This document shows, piece after piece, positions 53,601 through 64,000 of a DNA stretch of 64,000 nucleotides. The notes beneath the pieces were generated by a model that ran no database searches, was not told the origin of the DNA, and saw only the letters and a list, made by a program, of their open reading frames with translations. The stretch is from Tubulanus polymorphus. Taxonomy: Eukaryota; Animalia; Nemertea. Made by a program: the position numbers and the translations under genes. Location of the stretch: contig NC_134035.1 of assembly GCF_964204645.1 (NCBI RefSeq), positions 9,208,451 to 9,272,450 of the forward strand, given 5' to 3'. The number at the start of each line of letters is the position of its first letter. Positions within the stretch are counted from its first letter, which is position 1.

Positions 53601-56600
53601 TTTATAAGGGACATTAAATCAAAAGCAAAAATTAAACGGAATCTACCAATCAAATAAATAACAGGGTCAATCCCAATTTTAAGATAAAAAAGGCAAGTTA
53701 AGAACCCATGCAGCCCAAACAAGGGTTTTGAAAATTTCTAGGCACTTAAGGGTAATTAAAGAAAATATAAGGTAAATCTTGCGCTGTAGACTGCTGTCTT
53801 ATCAGTTGCGGATGGAAAAAGTGCCCTGAAAAATTGTATTTTATAACGGGCTTGGAAAAATAACGACCGTGCTCCTTGTGATCCTATCTGGATCCGTCCC
53901 TGTTAGGGTAGGACGAGATGCCCAGTTACGCATTCCATTTCCGTATATAACCAACGAGCTGAATACAGTTGGAGCTAGCTCCGTTGTTGACAATTTCAAA
54001 CTAGCAATAAGACAAGAACTCAGATCGAATTAGAAATGCATAAAACATTTTCTGTGTTAACATTCGGAGATATCGTTGAATGCAAAGTGAACAAATCCGA
54101 AAAAATTGAAATTGTATTTTGAATGAACAGTGATCAATGACCACTACTAGTATTCCTAATGGTCCATAAACCCTGTTTACAGTCGAAACATTGTCATTAG
54201 TCATCGCATTGCCTACAGGGTGGATACACTTGATAGGACAACATTTCACCGAGACTGATAATTTCAAATGACATCTGGCGTAGCTTTTAATTGTACGATA
54301 TACCATGGATATGAGGTTACCGTGGATATGAGGTTACATTATAATCATTATGGACTCATTATTACTCTAGTACTCAAATCACAATACACTACAACACTAC
54401 AGCGCTATACATTAACACATATGTGTGACACAAAGTGACAATTAAGGTTTTTAGTTGTAGCTAATTTTGACTAGTTTAATGCTCTTAACTGATTGTAAAG
54501 TTGACAAATATAGCATAATTATAGTATTCCACAACTAACTATTACATAATTCACTTTCAGATTTAAGCTGTGAATCTAGAAAGATTAATTATAGTATTTC
54601 ATTAAAAACTGTTTCATAATTCGCTTTCAGATTTAAGCTGTGGATCTAAAAATGTTATGTTATTAGATATATTATTTCAGTATTTCATTAAAATCTATTT
54701 CATAATTCACTTTCAGATTTAAGGGGTGGATCTAGAAATGTGGAAGAATGCATATTTCACTTGTTAAATATCCCATTTCGGCGGCGCCAAAATTTTCCGG
54801 AAAGAATGGAAGCTATTCTAGGTTTTTGGGGGGAAATATCCGAAAATTCATGCTTTCAAAGGATTTCAGGAAAACTGCAAAAATATGTGCACCGAATGAA
54901 TGTCTCGTGCATGTTTGTTATATATATGGGTACCGACGGTCATTTGGCAGTATCGCGACTAGTATAGACACATTACCCCGGTTCGGATCAATTTTCTCCG
55001 CACGTGGCGAGAATAGTAAAATCAGTAGGTATAGCAGACGCGACGATCACATTAAACTAACTCAACCTTCCCCTCCCCCCGCCGAACTGTGGTGTAAGTG
55101 AATTAACCTTCTTATCCCTTCGCGCGCAGTCACCCTCCGCTAGAATATAAATCAGGGTCCCTACAGATCGGTCTTCATATCTAAATTACAGTAGACTCCT
55201 AAATTGGTACTGTTTTATCTCAGTAATACCATTAATTTGGGGGTTTCGTAATCAAATTTTTATCCTATACACAACCTAAACTCCGTTTCTAACTCGGTAA
55301 CCGCCTAATTGGGTAAAAACAAATCCCAACTGTATCGATTGAGGCATACCAGTAGTTTACTGTACAATTACAAACTAGACAAAAATTTGCCAATTTCTCA
55401 AAATTGAAGGAGTTTTAAAGGAGCTTTTTTGCTCAAATTAGAGGAGTTTCAAAGACCTTTAAAAGCATTTTCCGTTTAGAAGGAATTGCGGAGTCATATA
55501 GGGACCCCGTAAATAGTAATCTATATAATCGATACGTATTTTGAGCGTATAACAGATAGGACATTGAACTCATCCTCAGTCGATAAACAGCAGCCTCAGC
55601 AGAGCAGACGTAGTGGACGCGGACGTATTAGGTTACGTCGAGATAATGAACGCGGATGAACTGACATCGTTTTTACGACGAGACCAGTCACCATAAAAAC
55701 GATGTCAGTGCACATCTCGGTTCATCTACATACACAGAAACATTGAGAAACAGCTAAACATCTAGAAACATCCATTTATCGTAACATCGAAAGTAGACAT
55801 CGCAATTTATATCTATTTTCACCTGACATTAACATCATTTTCATGGTGACCATCAACATAAAAATGATCTCAGTTCATCTACATATGGGGAAACATCGAA
55901 ACACTAAACATCTTAGTAGCAACATCTGTCTACATTGACACTAAAAGTTGACATCAAGCGATTAACATCCATTTTTCACCTGGAGACGAACGCAAACGAT
56001 TTGAATCTTTTTTCCATTCCGCCAGCGAAGAGCGAGAATTTTTATGGATTGCTCTGTGATGCTATACGAGACTCTAATATCAAACATACAGTGTCTCATC
56101 GCCGGGACATTCGAGTATGTAATTCTAGATGTGACACTGTACGGAATATGTTTACATTCGAGAGCGTACCGTATAAACTACAACTAAAACCTAGCGTGCG
56201 CGGCAAACATATCGGCAAAACAAGAAACAGATTTTGGGTTTGATGTTTAATACACCCGCCATGGCATACAGCAAAACAAGAAACAGATTTTGTGTTTAAT
56301 GTTTAGTACCCCCGCCATGGCATACAGCAAAACAAGAAACAGATTTTGTGTTCGATGTTTAGTACGCCCGCCATGGCATACAGCAAAACAAGAAACAGAT
56401 TTTGTGTTCGATGTTTAGTACGCCCGCCATGGCATACAGCAAAACAAGAAACAGATTTTGTGTTCGATGTTTAGTACACCTGCCATGGCATACAGCGAAA
56501 CAAGAAACAGATTTTGTGTTCGATGTTTAGTACGCCCGCCATGGCATACAGCAAAACAAGAAACAGATTTTGTGTTCGATGTTTAGTACGCCCGCCATGG

Positions 56601-59600
56601 CATACAGCAAAACAAGAAACAGATTTTGTGTTCGATGTTTAGTACACCCGCCATGGCAAACAGCGAAACAAGAAACAGATTTTGTGTTCGATGTTTAGTA
56701 CGCCCGCCATGGCATACAGCGAAACAAGAAACAGATTTTGTGTTTGATGTTTAGTACGCCCGCGTTGGCATAGCGAAATAAGAAACAGATTTTGTGTTTG
56801 ATGTTTAGTTTGATGTTCAATAGGTCTGCCATGGCACGCAGCAAAATAAGAAACATACCAAATAAACTTAGACATCCTCCCAAATGGTTTCTTGTTTTGC
56901 AAAACCAAAATCTTGTTGACGAGCTACGCAAACAACATTGCGAAACAAATCAGAGAAGAACGTGTCTGCTTCATATCTAATTCTTGCCGCGTGCGCTAGG
57001 CTTAAATTTAGCGGAGTAACAAACACCGGTGGCTCGGATAAAGCAATTTGCGTTAATGTCTCTCCAGGTGACCATCATTTATTGCGAAACAATGAAACAC
57101 TGAAAATATATCTATACGACGACGACGACGACAGTTTCGTTGTTTTTTTATTTCTATTACCGTGGTTGCATTATGAGTCGTTGATGTCGTCTATCGAGTC
57201 GACTATAAACAATGAGAGAGAGAGCAGCGGATTTATTTATGGCATGCGAAAAAGCAACGAGAAGCGGATTGTAAAAAAGATGAAACCACATGAGATGAAA
57301 CCATGAGAATACCAGATCTTAAACACCCGGTAGATGGCCATGACAAAAACTAGACTTCTGACTATACTCAGGCAGGTTTCCATTGAACAATGCGTCTACA
57401 CTGCAGTGCGGTGTTTAAATTGGCAATGGACTTCGATAGTACACTGTATCGTGGTGTATTGATGTTAATAGCAATTAGTTGTTATCTATATTGAGAGATG
57501 GCAGGTTCTGTCACGCAGTACAATATCAGTAACTAACAATACACCGCACTGTGGTGTAGACAGATGCACTAAAGTCGTTTCCCCCTTATTCAACACTATT
57601 TTATGAAATTTTCAAATCATCTCTAGCGCTTTCGGGCATTAATTACGTAGTCAGCACTGAAAGGGTTAATAGGAACTTGGGATAAACTCTCTACCGGTCG
57701 CTTCTATCAGGTTTACAGGTTACAGTATTCCAGAATCAGTAGTGACCAATCGAAACCTGCCTGATTGATGATGAACACTGTAGCTTTGAAGAATGCTTAA
57801 AAATGTTTTTTCAAACTGTCTTTTAATCGAGAATTTAAACTGAAGATTTTTTTTCCGCTTTATTGGTCGACTCAAAATACTCGGACTCGGTCTAACGTCG
57901 TCCCTTGGAAACTTATCAGAACAAATAGTGCGATTTCTCCAATCAATATATGCAACTTGAAATAAATGCATGATGTTTTATCTCGGATGTGAATTGATTC
58001 CCCGCTTGTTCCATTCGATATTATCAAGGACATTTCATTACTGAAACACAATAGGGAGAGGGAGGTGGAAATAGACAGCAGCGCGTTTATTCCCATCACT
58101 AGTAATTGATGAACTGTATTTTTACACCAAAGATGAATCGCGATGTTTTCGATTTATAGCTATCGACCAACAACGCCGAGCATCGCCAGCAAATCCGACG
58201 AAGGACTACACTTCGCGCGGCTTAAACGCGAAATCAATTTTCTGATAAACCGAAACGGTCTAGCGTTGTTTTATACGATACCGTAGAATATCGAATCATC
58301 AAGAAGCAAAAAACTCATCCCTTCACACAGACACTCACACGGAGTAAAACCGGTAGATGCTCGATGAGTTTATTATACAAATGAAGTTGGTTATTTTCTA
58401 GCACTCGTAACCGAAGTATACACAACCAATCGATACAAAATATTCACGGACAAAATGCAAACATGCCGAAGGATATATATGTATAAATGCATGCATTCAC
58501 TCTTTAAAATAAAATGATTGATTTAATGAGAATATATTGACTTTGATATTCCATGACTATCAAATGAGTAATTACAGGGTGACCACTTTCTGCCAATTTT
58601 CAAACACGTTTTGCCTGATTTTCCATGTGTTTACAAAAAATTCCATCATCTGAGCGAATCAGAGACATCTACGTTTAAAATTCTACTCATTCATTTTTCA
58701 TTGAATCACGTACCGATATAAAGGAACACGTGGTCAATAACATTATCCAAATTCCCAGATTTTTCCAGGTTTTTGGTAAAGTTTGTCAAAGATTTCCATG
58801 ATTTTTCCAGGTTTTTCAGGCAAGTGGCCACCCTGGATTAGCAATTTCATCAAAGCAGGCATTCGCACAGGGAAGATCTTTTATTAGACGTGAAGGGGAC
58901 GAGAAAAGCTAATGGCTAAAGTCTTTAAGCCGCGATGCACCTTTCCGTATGGGGACTGATGATAATTGCAATATGATAGGATCACTAAGAAGTCATAGAA
59001 TATCAAAATAGATTCGAGAAAATTCCTGTAAATAAGTACGGTATCATGCTTAGAGAGGTTTAGTAGGTTGAGTTTACCTGGATTCGGCGTTAGCATGCAT
59101 AGTGTATTAACTATAGCCGGCTGTAATTAATCGTCGATTATTAATTAGAATGTGAAAAAAAAACTTACTGATTTTTATACGGAACGGACGCAATTATTTA
59201 AAACCTACATTCATGAGAATCGATGAAAATCAGGTTAAAATTCCGAGAAAAGATGACGATTTCTGTTGATAGTATTACAATTGTGGGGGATATAAGGGGT
59301 ATAGGAATTAGTAAAATCAGAAATGTTGGAAAAAAAGCACACCTATAAACCCCTTGAACCTTCAAGGCCCAATTGAACATAACATTCATCTTCTCAAGGC
59401 CCTCCGGGCTGCACAATGTTTCAGCCCTCTGGTTCCATAGTCATAGCTTAGATCATGGGCATATGAATAATACATCCATGCATGGACCTAAGACCATCTT
59501 AGACCATCTAACAACTTAAGGTCAGCCTTTTGGACTATTAAGTCTTGACTATGGAAGGTTCCATAGTCAAGGCTCAAGTCCAAAAGTGGTCTGAAATCTT

Positions 59601-62600
59601 AAGACTGGTCGAAGTTGTTAGATTGGCTATAATAGAACTAAGATGGTCTATGACTGCTCTTAAGTCTAAGCCATGACTGTGCAACTGGCCCCAGGAGCCG
59701 GCTCCATAGTCAATACTTAAGTACAAAAGTGGTCGCAAATCTTAAGACTGGTCTCGAGTTGTTAGATTGACTATGGAAATAAATTGGTCTTGGACCAATC
59801 TAAAGTCAAAATCATGACTATGGAACTGGTCCCAGATCGTTGGACTTAAGCCACACAATTACGGATGTTTGGCAAAATCAGAGACCGACTGCAGTTTTTC
59901 CAAACATATCAATATTTTCAGGCACTGCACGTATGTATATAGTCTGAGTTGGAAACAACATTAAATATTTCATTGATATCACTTATCTCAGATATACACC
60001 CGAGCACCACTGCACCACGCCGCGCCGCCTAATTGACATGGAATAGCAATTAAAGTGCGCAATATACTTCAGGAAATGTTGTTATAACGGCATGTTACAA
60101 TACAACTCATACTTTATAACATACATCATATATTGACACTTATGATTTCCAAAATCATAAAAAAAATTTATATTTATATACAGCAGACTTCGAGATATTT
60201 CTTCACAAACTCTCCAAAAGAATCCAACAGGTCTCGGTCTCGGTCTCGGCCTCCGTGGTGGTCACAGTGGAGCGAAGTCTATACTGAATAATATTCTTAT
60301 TACTAGAGAAATATATGAATTACAATAAATACATTTCTCTTCTTCAGGCGAAAAAAATGATCGAATACTTTAACTGCGATGTAAACAACTCACGGTCAAA
60401 GGGATGAACCTTGGAAGGAGAAACTGTGTATAAACTGATTGCTAATAAAAATACAGCCGGGTATCATACTAGCAGCCAGCCAGCGACGCTGTTTGATGTG
60501 ATGGTCTGAAACCTCCGAGGAGATGTAACGAACACCGAGCATTAAAACTCTTTCATGTCGTTTCATGTCGATCGAGAGACGGCGATATCACAGACGCTGG
60601 AATTTACGCCCCACGAGAACAGCCGGATTTTCAAAGCGTTTCTCCGTAATTTTCGAAGCTAATCCCACAATTTTCAACGCCTTTCCCACAGGTTGGTGTT
60701 CGGATAACGGTGGAATTCGGTCCAAGGGTTATCAGACTTTAGACTTATAGACTGAATTCAACTCTTTACAGTCAATTCAGTCACAGTTCAGTTTTACAGT
60801 GGATTTCAAAGTCTAAACAAAAGAGCTCATGGACAGTATCTGGTCATGGAACTGGATCCAGGAGTCTGTTGCTCAACAGTGGATAGTTGGCGTTTAAAAC
60901 TGAATTGTTTCTATGGTATTCATCTTTAACTAAACTGGCTCCTAATAAATACCATCGCTACAATTGCAGTTTGTTGCAATTTTCACTATTTCAGATATCT
61001 ACCGGAAGTGAATAACTTTTGAGCAACAAACCCTGGACCAGACTAAGCTCATTTTGGTTCTATAGCCAATGTAAAAACTTAATATCAGTATGAGCTCATT
61101 TTGGTTCTTTAACCAATCTATAGCAACTTAACACCAATCCTAAGTTTTAGGACTATTTTTGAACTTAGGTCTAAACTAACTGGAAGCCCCCCGGACTATA
61201 AAACCAATTCTGCTGCTTTTTTTGCGAATCAAAGAATCGAATAACGAATACTTACAGACAGGAATCTACGAGGTTCGATCCCGATTTCGAATCGGCGTCG
61301 CTGTCGTCTTCTACGTGCGACGATTCCTGCGTCGTCGACGTGTACTGTCCCGATTCACCGGCCCTCCAACGAAACGAATCATCCGTCGACGATATACTGC
61401 TCAAACTGGCCGTTTCACTTCCCAGTTTACACTATATATCAAATACACAGAAAATAAACATATATACATCAACAACTAACACTTGATTATACGATTTACG
61501 ATTATAGAAAGTAACAGGCGGAGATCAGAGTTTGCACATCAGAGTTTGGGATCCCAGTTGGCCAACACACACAGTCATTTGTAGCTGGAAACCGCAACTC
61601 AAAATCATCAAAAGTCATCACCATTTTCAAAGGAGTGCATCGAGTTTTCCCTGGTGAAAACTTCAAAGGCTGAGAATATGCTTCGGGCCTCAAAATTTCG
61701 AAATATTTCATGGAGGAGGCCGCCCAAACCCACCAATTTCGTTGTGGCCAAAGATACTGTGAACCTGCTGCTTCAGTTCATTAACCTCCAACTCAAAAAG
61801 TAAATAACCACCCTAGACGCGGCAAAGAATACGATCAAACATGTTTTAATGGCGAAATCAGAAATTTCTAGTGTCCCGTTGGGATAAGTTTTATTTCAAT
61901 TTAACTATCCCGATCTAATAAAAAATCTAGTACCCTCGAGGCACCAGTTACGTAGACTTCACGTACGCGTCTGAAAATCTCTTTAGGTTGACTCCACCAC
62001 TCAAGCCGGCTTAAAGCTATATAGCTACAGCACATTCTCTTCAGGAAAGAAAGATATTTCAACAAATATCCAGGATTTGAAAAGGTCGGATGTGACTCTC
62101 GCTAGTCTGTACGTTAGATCGGGCAAAATATATTCTCGGGTTTCAAAGACATCGTGTGGTAAAGCAACAAGATCCAAAATTCGAAATGAATGGACCCGAC
62201 TTGTGTACATCTTATACCGCGTATCAGCTTTCAAAGCTCAGATATACAAATACACGACCCGATCTAGGAGGACGGAGTTTTGTTATCATTGAATTAAACC
62301 CGTTGATATGACATTTGACCGTAGATATTACCAGCAAATATTCACGCGATAACGCTACGCGTTATATCTATCGGCATTCTCTCGTCATCGTCGGCAGCGG
62401 CGGAGAAAAAAATCATTCCCGGCACAAAGATCGCATCGGAATCGATATCCACTGCGCGAGATGAATCGAAGGAATCGAGGGACGGCGCGGTGTGAGTCAA
62501 CATGCAACAGGATACCGATTCGATGTTATCTTACACGCCGAACATATCTCCGCGATATTCATCAGTGACAACTTCAGCTTTATAGATGCTACATCGGAGA

Positions 62601-63664
62601 TTTACGACGAACCCCGATTACACACAGACTAAGCTTCATTTAGCTCGAACCGGCTTTCGTCAAATGCGTTACGGATAAAGCTTTTACCAGATCAAATTTT
62701 TAAATGCTTCTGTTACGACAGTTTAGATAATGTAAATAATGGATTTTCAACGATAAAAAGAAAATGACCTCAAACGCCAAAGCGAGGACTGAACGACTAG
62801 AAAGTTCTAAAGTGAATTTGACTGAATGACCAGAAAGTTCTAAAACGAGTTCGATTGAATGACCAGAAAGTTCTAAAAGGAGTTCGACTGAATGACCAGA
62901 AAGTTCTAAGGCCACTTTGACTGTATGACCAGAAAGTTCTAAAGCAAGTTTGACTGAATGACCAGAAAGTTCTAAAGCGACTTTGAATGTACGACCAGAT
63001 AAGTTCTAAAGCGAGTTTGAATGTATGACCGGAAAGTTCTAAAGCGAGTTTGACTGAATGACCAGAAAGTTCTAAAACGAGTTCGACTGAATGACTAGAA
63101 AGTTTTAAAGCGACTTTAAATGTATGACCAGAAAATTTGTCACTGAGTTTGACTGTATGACCAGAAAGTTCTAAAGCAAGTTTGGCTGTATAAACAGAAA
63201 ATTCTAAAGCGAGTTTGACTGAATGACCAGAAAGTTCTAAAACGAGTTCGACTGAATGACCAGAAAGTTCTAAAGCAACTTTGACTGTATGACCAGAAAA
63301 TCCGTCACTGAGTTTGAGTGTATGAACGTTGTAAATCATATCTAACGATTTTGGCTTTTTTCGCTGTGACTGTTTTATGAGTAAACAGCGAACGAGATCA
63401 ATCGATTTCCACCGATATATTTCACTCTCGAGATTTAAAACCATCAATTTTCCATTAACGACGTACGAAGGAAGAAGCGACAGAAGTTTCTTCACAGTGA
63501 CTCACGACGAGATCAAATTCACACATATAAAACATAGAGACACAGACGGACGAGGAGGTCCCGTCAAATCAATTTATCATCGGCGTACTTACCCTTTCTA
63601 GTTGATTAGCGACGCTGCGTCTTTCCTGTTCTAACTCTCTTGTCAACTGTTCGAATTGGGCTTC
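38568..63664 (-). CDS. CTNND2: Catenin delta-2 / p120-family (CTNND2/ARVCF-like) armadillo protein; 22 exons in window, 5' end outside window
   Basis: Exons (5'->3'): 63664-63593, 61431-61256, 52513-52478, 51946-51781, 50701-50448, 49371-48976, 48434-48214, 47633-47307, 46877-46742, 46075-45955, 45864-45748, 45155-45007, 44316-44081, 43669-43597, 43438-43264, 42782-42632, 42154-42022, 41518-41327, 40850-40714, 40197-39812, 39221-39099, 38693-38568. All have GT-AG borders, phases chain correctly, sum 3903 nt. Family motifs: [108 protein letters not shown], terminal DSWV*. Orthology within the p120 subfamily is inferred. Confidence 0.95.
39099..39221 (-). CDS. CTNND2: delta-catenin C-terminal tail exon ([12 protein letters not shown]...)
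   Basis: ttttcag / gtaagt, phase 0-0. Confidence 0.88.
39812..40197 (-). CDS. CTNND2: delta-catenin C-terminal tail exon ([11 protein letters not shown]...YNDRL)
   Basis: tttcag / gtaagt, 386 nt open, phase 1-0. Confidence 0.88.
40714..40850 (-). CDS. CTNND2: delta-catenin C-terminal tail exon ([16 protein letters not shown]...)
   Basis: gatag acceptor, gtaagt donor; required to link phase 2 to phase 1. Confidence 0.88.
41327..41518 (-). CDS. CTNND2: delta-catenin last ARM exon ([12 protein letters not shown]...[16 protein letters not shown])
   Basis: End-of-ARM motif; phase 2-2. Confidence 0.95.
42022..42154 (-). CDS. CTNND2: delta-catenin ARM exon ([12 protein letters not shown]...[16 protein letters not shown])
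   Basis: GKYAMR motif; phase 1-2. Confidence 0.95.
42632..42782 (-). CDS. CTNND2: delta-catenin ARM exon ([18 protein letters not shown]...RNKELIG)
   Basis: ARM motif; GT-AG borders. Confidence 0.97.
42912..43199. mobile_element. piggyBac-type MITE, opposite orientation to 45246-45533
   Basis: TTAA|CCCTTTCAGTGC...ACACTGAAAGGG. Confidence 0.8.
43264..43438 (-). CDS. CTNND2: delta-catenin ARM exon ([12 protein letters not shown]...[18 protein letters not shown])
   Basis: ARM motif, in a different frame from the ORF-track entry; phase 2-0. Confidence 0.96.
43597..43669 (-). CDS. CTNND2: delta-catenin ARM insert-loop exon ([14 protein letters not shown]); alternative donor would extend it to 43576
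   Basis: GCFG + polybasic NLS-like stretch typical of the p120 insert loop; phase 1-2. Confidence 0.88.
44081..44316 (-). CDS. CTNND2: delta-catenin ARM exon ([30 protein letters not shown])
   Basis: ARM motif; GT-AG borders. Confidence 0.96.
44571..44690. mobile_element. PIF/Harbinger-type MITE with CTG TSD
   Basis: CTG|AGGCCAGTTGCA...TGCAACCGGCCC|CTG; empty site in the duplicate at ~44415-44430; relatives at 1-130, 5770-5900, 48510-48680, 59430-59835. Confidence 0.75.
45007..45155 (-). CDS. CTNND2: delta-catenin ARM exon ([25 protein letters not shown]...[10 protein letters not shown])
   Basis: IIPHSGW is a p120-family signature; GT-AG borders. Confidence 0.96.
45246..45533. mobile_element. 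piggyBac-type MITE (TTAA TSD; CCCTT..AGTGC TIR)
   Basis: TTAA|CCCTTTCAGTGC...GCACTAAAAGGG|TTAA; related copies 42912-43199, ~48710-48955, ~51230-51370, ~57390-57665, ~63950-64000. Confidence 0.85.
45748..45864 (-). CDS. CTNND2: delta-catenin ARM exon ([16 protein letters not shown]...LWNLSSCK)
   Basis: ARM motif; 117 nt, phase 0-0. Confidence 0.96.
45955..46075 (-). CDS. CTNND2: delta-catenin ARM exon ([12 protein letters not shown]...[11 protein letters not shown])
   Basis: ARM motif; GT-AG borders. Confidence 0.96.
46224..46575 (+). mobile_element. tRNA-derived CORE-type SINE with (TTA)n tail, intronic and antisense to the catenin gene
   Basis: A-box TGGCCGAATGG, B-box-like GGTTCCAACC, CORE-like GGGCAAGACAC..TGCCTCTCTCTGCCCAGGAGTAAATGG, 3' GCGCTATATAAAT(TTA)n; a second tail fragment at ~46600-46650. 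Confidence 0.8.
46742..46877 (-). CDS. CTNND2: delta-catenin ARM exon ([15 protein letters not shown]...[10 protein letters not shown])
   Basis: First armadillo repeat motif; GT-AG borders. Confidence 0.96.
47307..47633 (-). CDS. CTNND2: delta-catenin exon with PRGYDDA heptapeptide repeats and RSPSIDS
   Basis: tttag acceptor, gtaaaa donor, phase 1-1; ends in the RSPSIDS motif that precedes the ARM domain. Confidence 0.9.
48214..48434 (-). CDS. CTNND2: delta-catenin exon ([11 protein letters not shown]...ERYGN)
   Basis: gacag acceptor, gtaaga donor, phase 2-1. Confidence 0.87.
48976..49371 (-). CDS. CTNND2: delta-catenin exon, Tyr/Asp/Pro-rich N-terminal region
   Basis: ttgtag|A...AG|gtcagt, 396 nt open, phase 2-2. 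Confidence 0.87.
50448..50701 (-). CDS. CTNND2: delta-catenin exon ([13 protein letters not shown]...); alternative donor possible at 50529
   Basis: ttccccag acceptor; two phase-2 donors (AG|gtttga, AG|gttagc); VTTVTT resembles the p120 N-terminal motif. Confidence 0.82.
51781..51946 (-). CDS. CTNND2: delta-catenin exon ([15 protein letters not shown]...EERKT)
   Basis: tttcag acceptor, gtaagt donor, phase 2-0, ORF track 51712-51957. Confidence 0.85.
52478..52513 (-). CDS. CTNND2: delta-catenin 36-nt micro-exon ([11 protein letters not shown])
   Basis: tttacag|G...GG|gtaagt, phase 2-2; completes LVDSCL-RVLQERG, resembling the vertebrate LVDSCIRSLQESG motif. Confidence 0.85.
55153..55508. mobile_element. 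CAGGGTCCCTA-TIR MITE containing a TA-flanked Tc1-type MITE (55189-55362)
   Basis: CAGGGTCCCTAC...TAGGGACCC; inner TA|CAGTAGAC...GTTTACTG|TA; related composite at 43746-43990. Confidence 0.65.
56188..57002. mobile_element. Harbinger-like MITE (TAA TSD) carrying a 56-bp tandem array
   Basis: TAA|AACCTAGCGTGCGCGGCAA...TTGCCGCGTGCGCTAGGCT|TAA. Confidence 0.75.
56215..56850. repeat. 56-bp minisatellite, ~11 copies
   Basis: Unit GCAAAACAAGAAACAGATTTTGTGTTCGATGTTTAGTACGCCCGCCATGGCATACA. Confidence 0.95.
58575..58835. mobile_element. MITE with CAGGGTGGCCAC TIR (hAT-like ends, TSD not evident)
   Basis: CAGGGTGACCACTT...AAGTGGCCACCCTG; relatives 38763-39072, 41030-41280, 41560-41765, 44386-44420. 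Confidence 0.7.
61256..61431 (-). CDS. CTNND2: delta-catenin exon ([23 protein letters not shown]...NLVDSC)
   Basis: tatag|TGT...CT|gtaagt; CKLGSE motif directly continues the coiled coil. Confidence 0.92.
62790..63325. repeat. 33-bp intronic minisatellite, ~16 copies
   Basis: Unit GAATGACCAGAAAGTTCTAAAGCGAGTTTGACT. Confidence 0.95.
63593..63664 (-). CDS. CTNND2: delta-catenin exon: N-terminal coiled coil ([24 protein letters not shown])
   Basis: atatag|GAA...AGG|gtaagt, 72 nt, phase 0-0; matches the p120-family N-terminal coiled-coil motif. Confidence 0.93.
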
Positions 63665-64000
63665 CTATATCAAACACGAGAAATAATCATGTCATCAATG
63701 AACAAAAAATGACTCGCGCAGCTTAAGGTTTATTAAGAGATTCATATTACGAGTACGAGATTCTGATGGTTTTACTGATTCTTCTTTAATCCCTAAAGTG
63801 CCACTTAGACTATTGGCTTATAAGTAGGTTTGAGATTTATAGAGAGGGCTTAGGTTAGAACCATCGATCGAGGAACTCAGCCACAACCCGAGTCACAGTT
63901 CAATGAATGGTGAATTATTCAACCACTCGACCAGTCTATCATTGCATTTACACTGCGGTGCAGTGTATGAATTGATGGAATCTGCCAATACACCGCATCA

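Noticed and set aside
56215-56850. CRISPR-like array
   Set aside because: Head-to-tail identical units with no unique spacers, no cas genes, and a eukaryotic intron context.
59169-59300. Extra catenin exon at a CA|GTAAGT donor
   Set aside because: No in-phase open frame with a suitable acceptor or ATG; the chain closes without it.
62797-63495. 232-aa ORF
   Set aside because: Translation of a 33-bp minisatellite inside an intron; it shifts frame mid-array.

Overview
Eukaryotic (metazoan, probably invertebrate) genomic DNA. It is AT-rich, intron-rich and dense in MITEs, with no prokaryotic features. The right ~25 kb holds a minus-strand p120/delta-catenin (CTNND2/ARVCF-type) gene. I traced 22 GT-AG exons (63664->38568, 3903 nt, ~1300 codons, all splice phases consistent) from the N-terminal coiled coil through the armadillo repeats to a C-terminal DSWV* PDZ-binding motif; the first exon(s) lie beyond the window. 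The left ~19 kb is non-coding, with SINE/MITE remnants and a probable non-coding first exon near 7.6-8 kb. The most unusual structure is a ~14.45 kb insertion (19617-34068) with ~50-bp terminal inverted repeats and a perfect 9-bp target-site duplication (GGTTCAGAC), i.e. a large non-autonomous Mutator-like (Pack-MULE-like) element. It landed inside a dispersed repeat, and an uninterrupted copy of that same repeat sits inside the element. Its cargo includes a tandem array of ~10 exon-intron units with intact splice sites but no shared open frame (candidate spliced repetitive lncRNA), a ~620-bp foldback, telomere-like G-runs with a TATA box, and decayed coding fragments. All calls come from reading the sequence; no searches were run.
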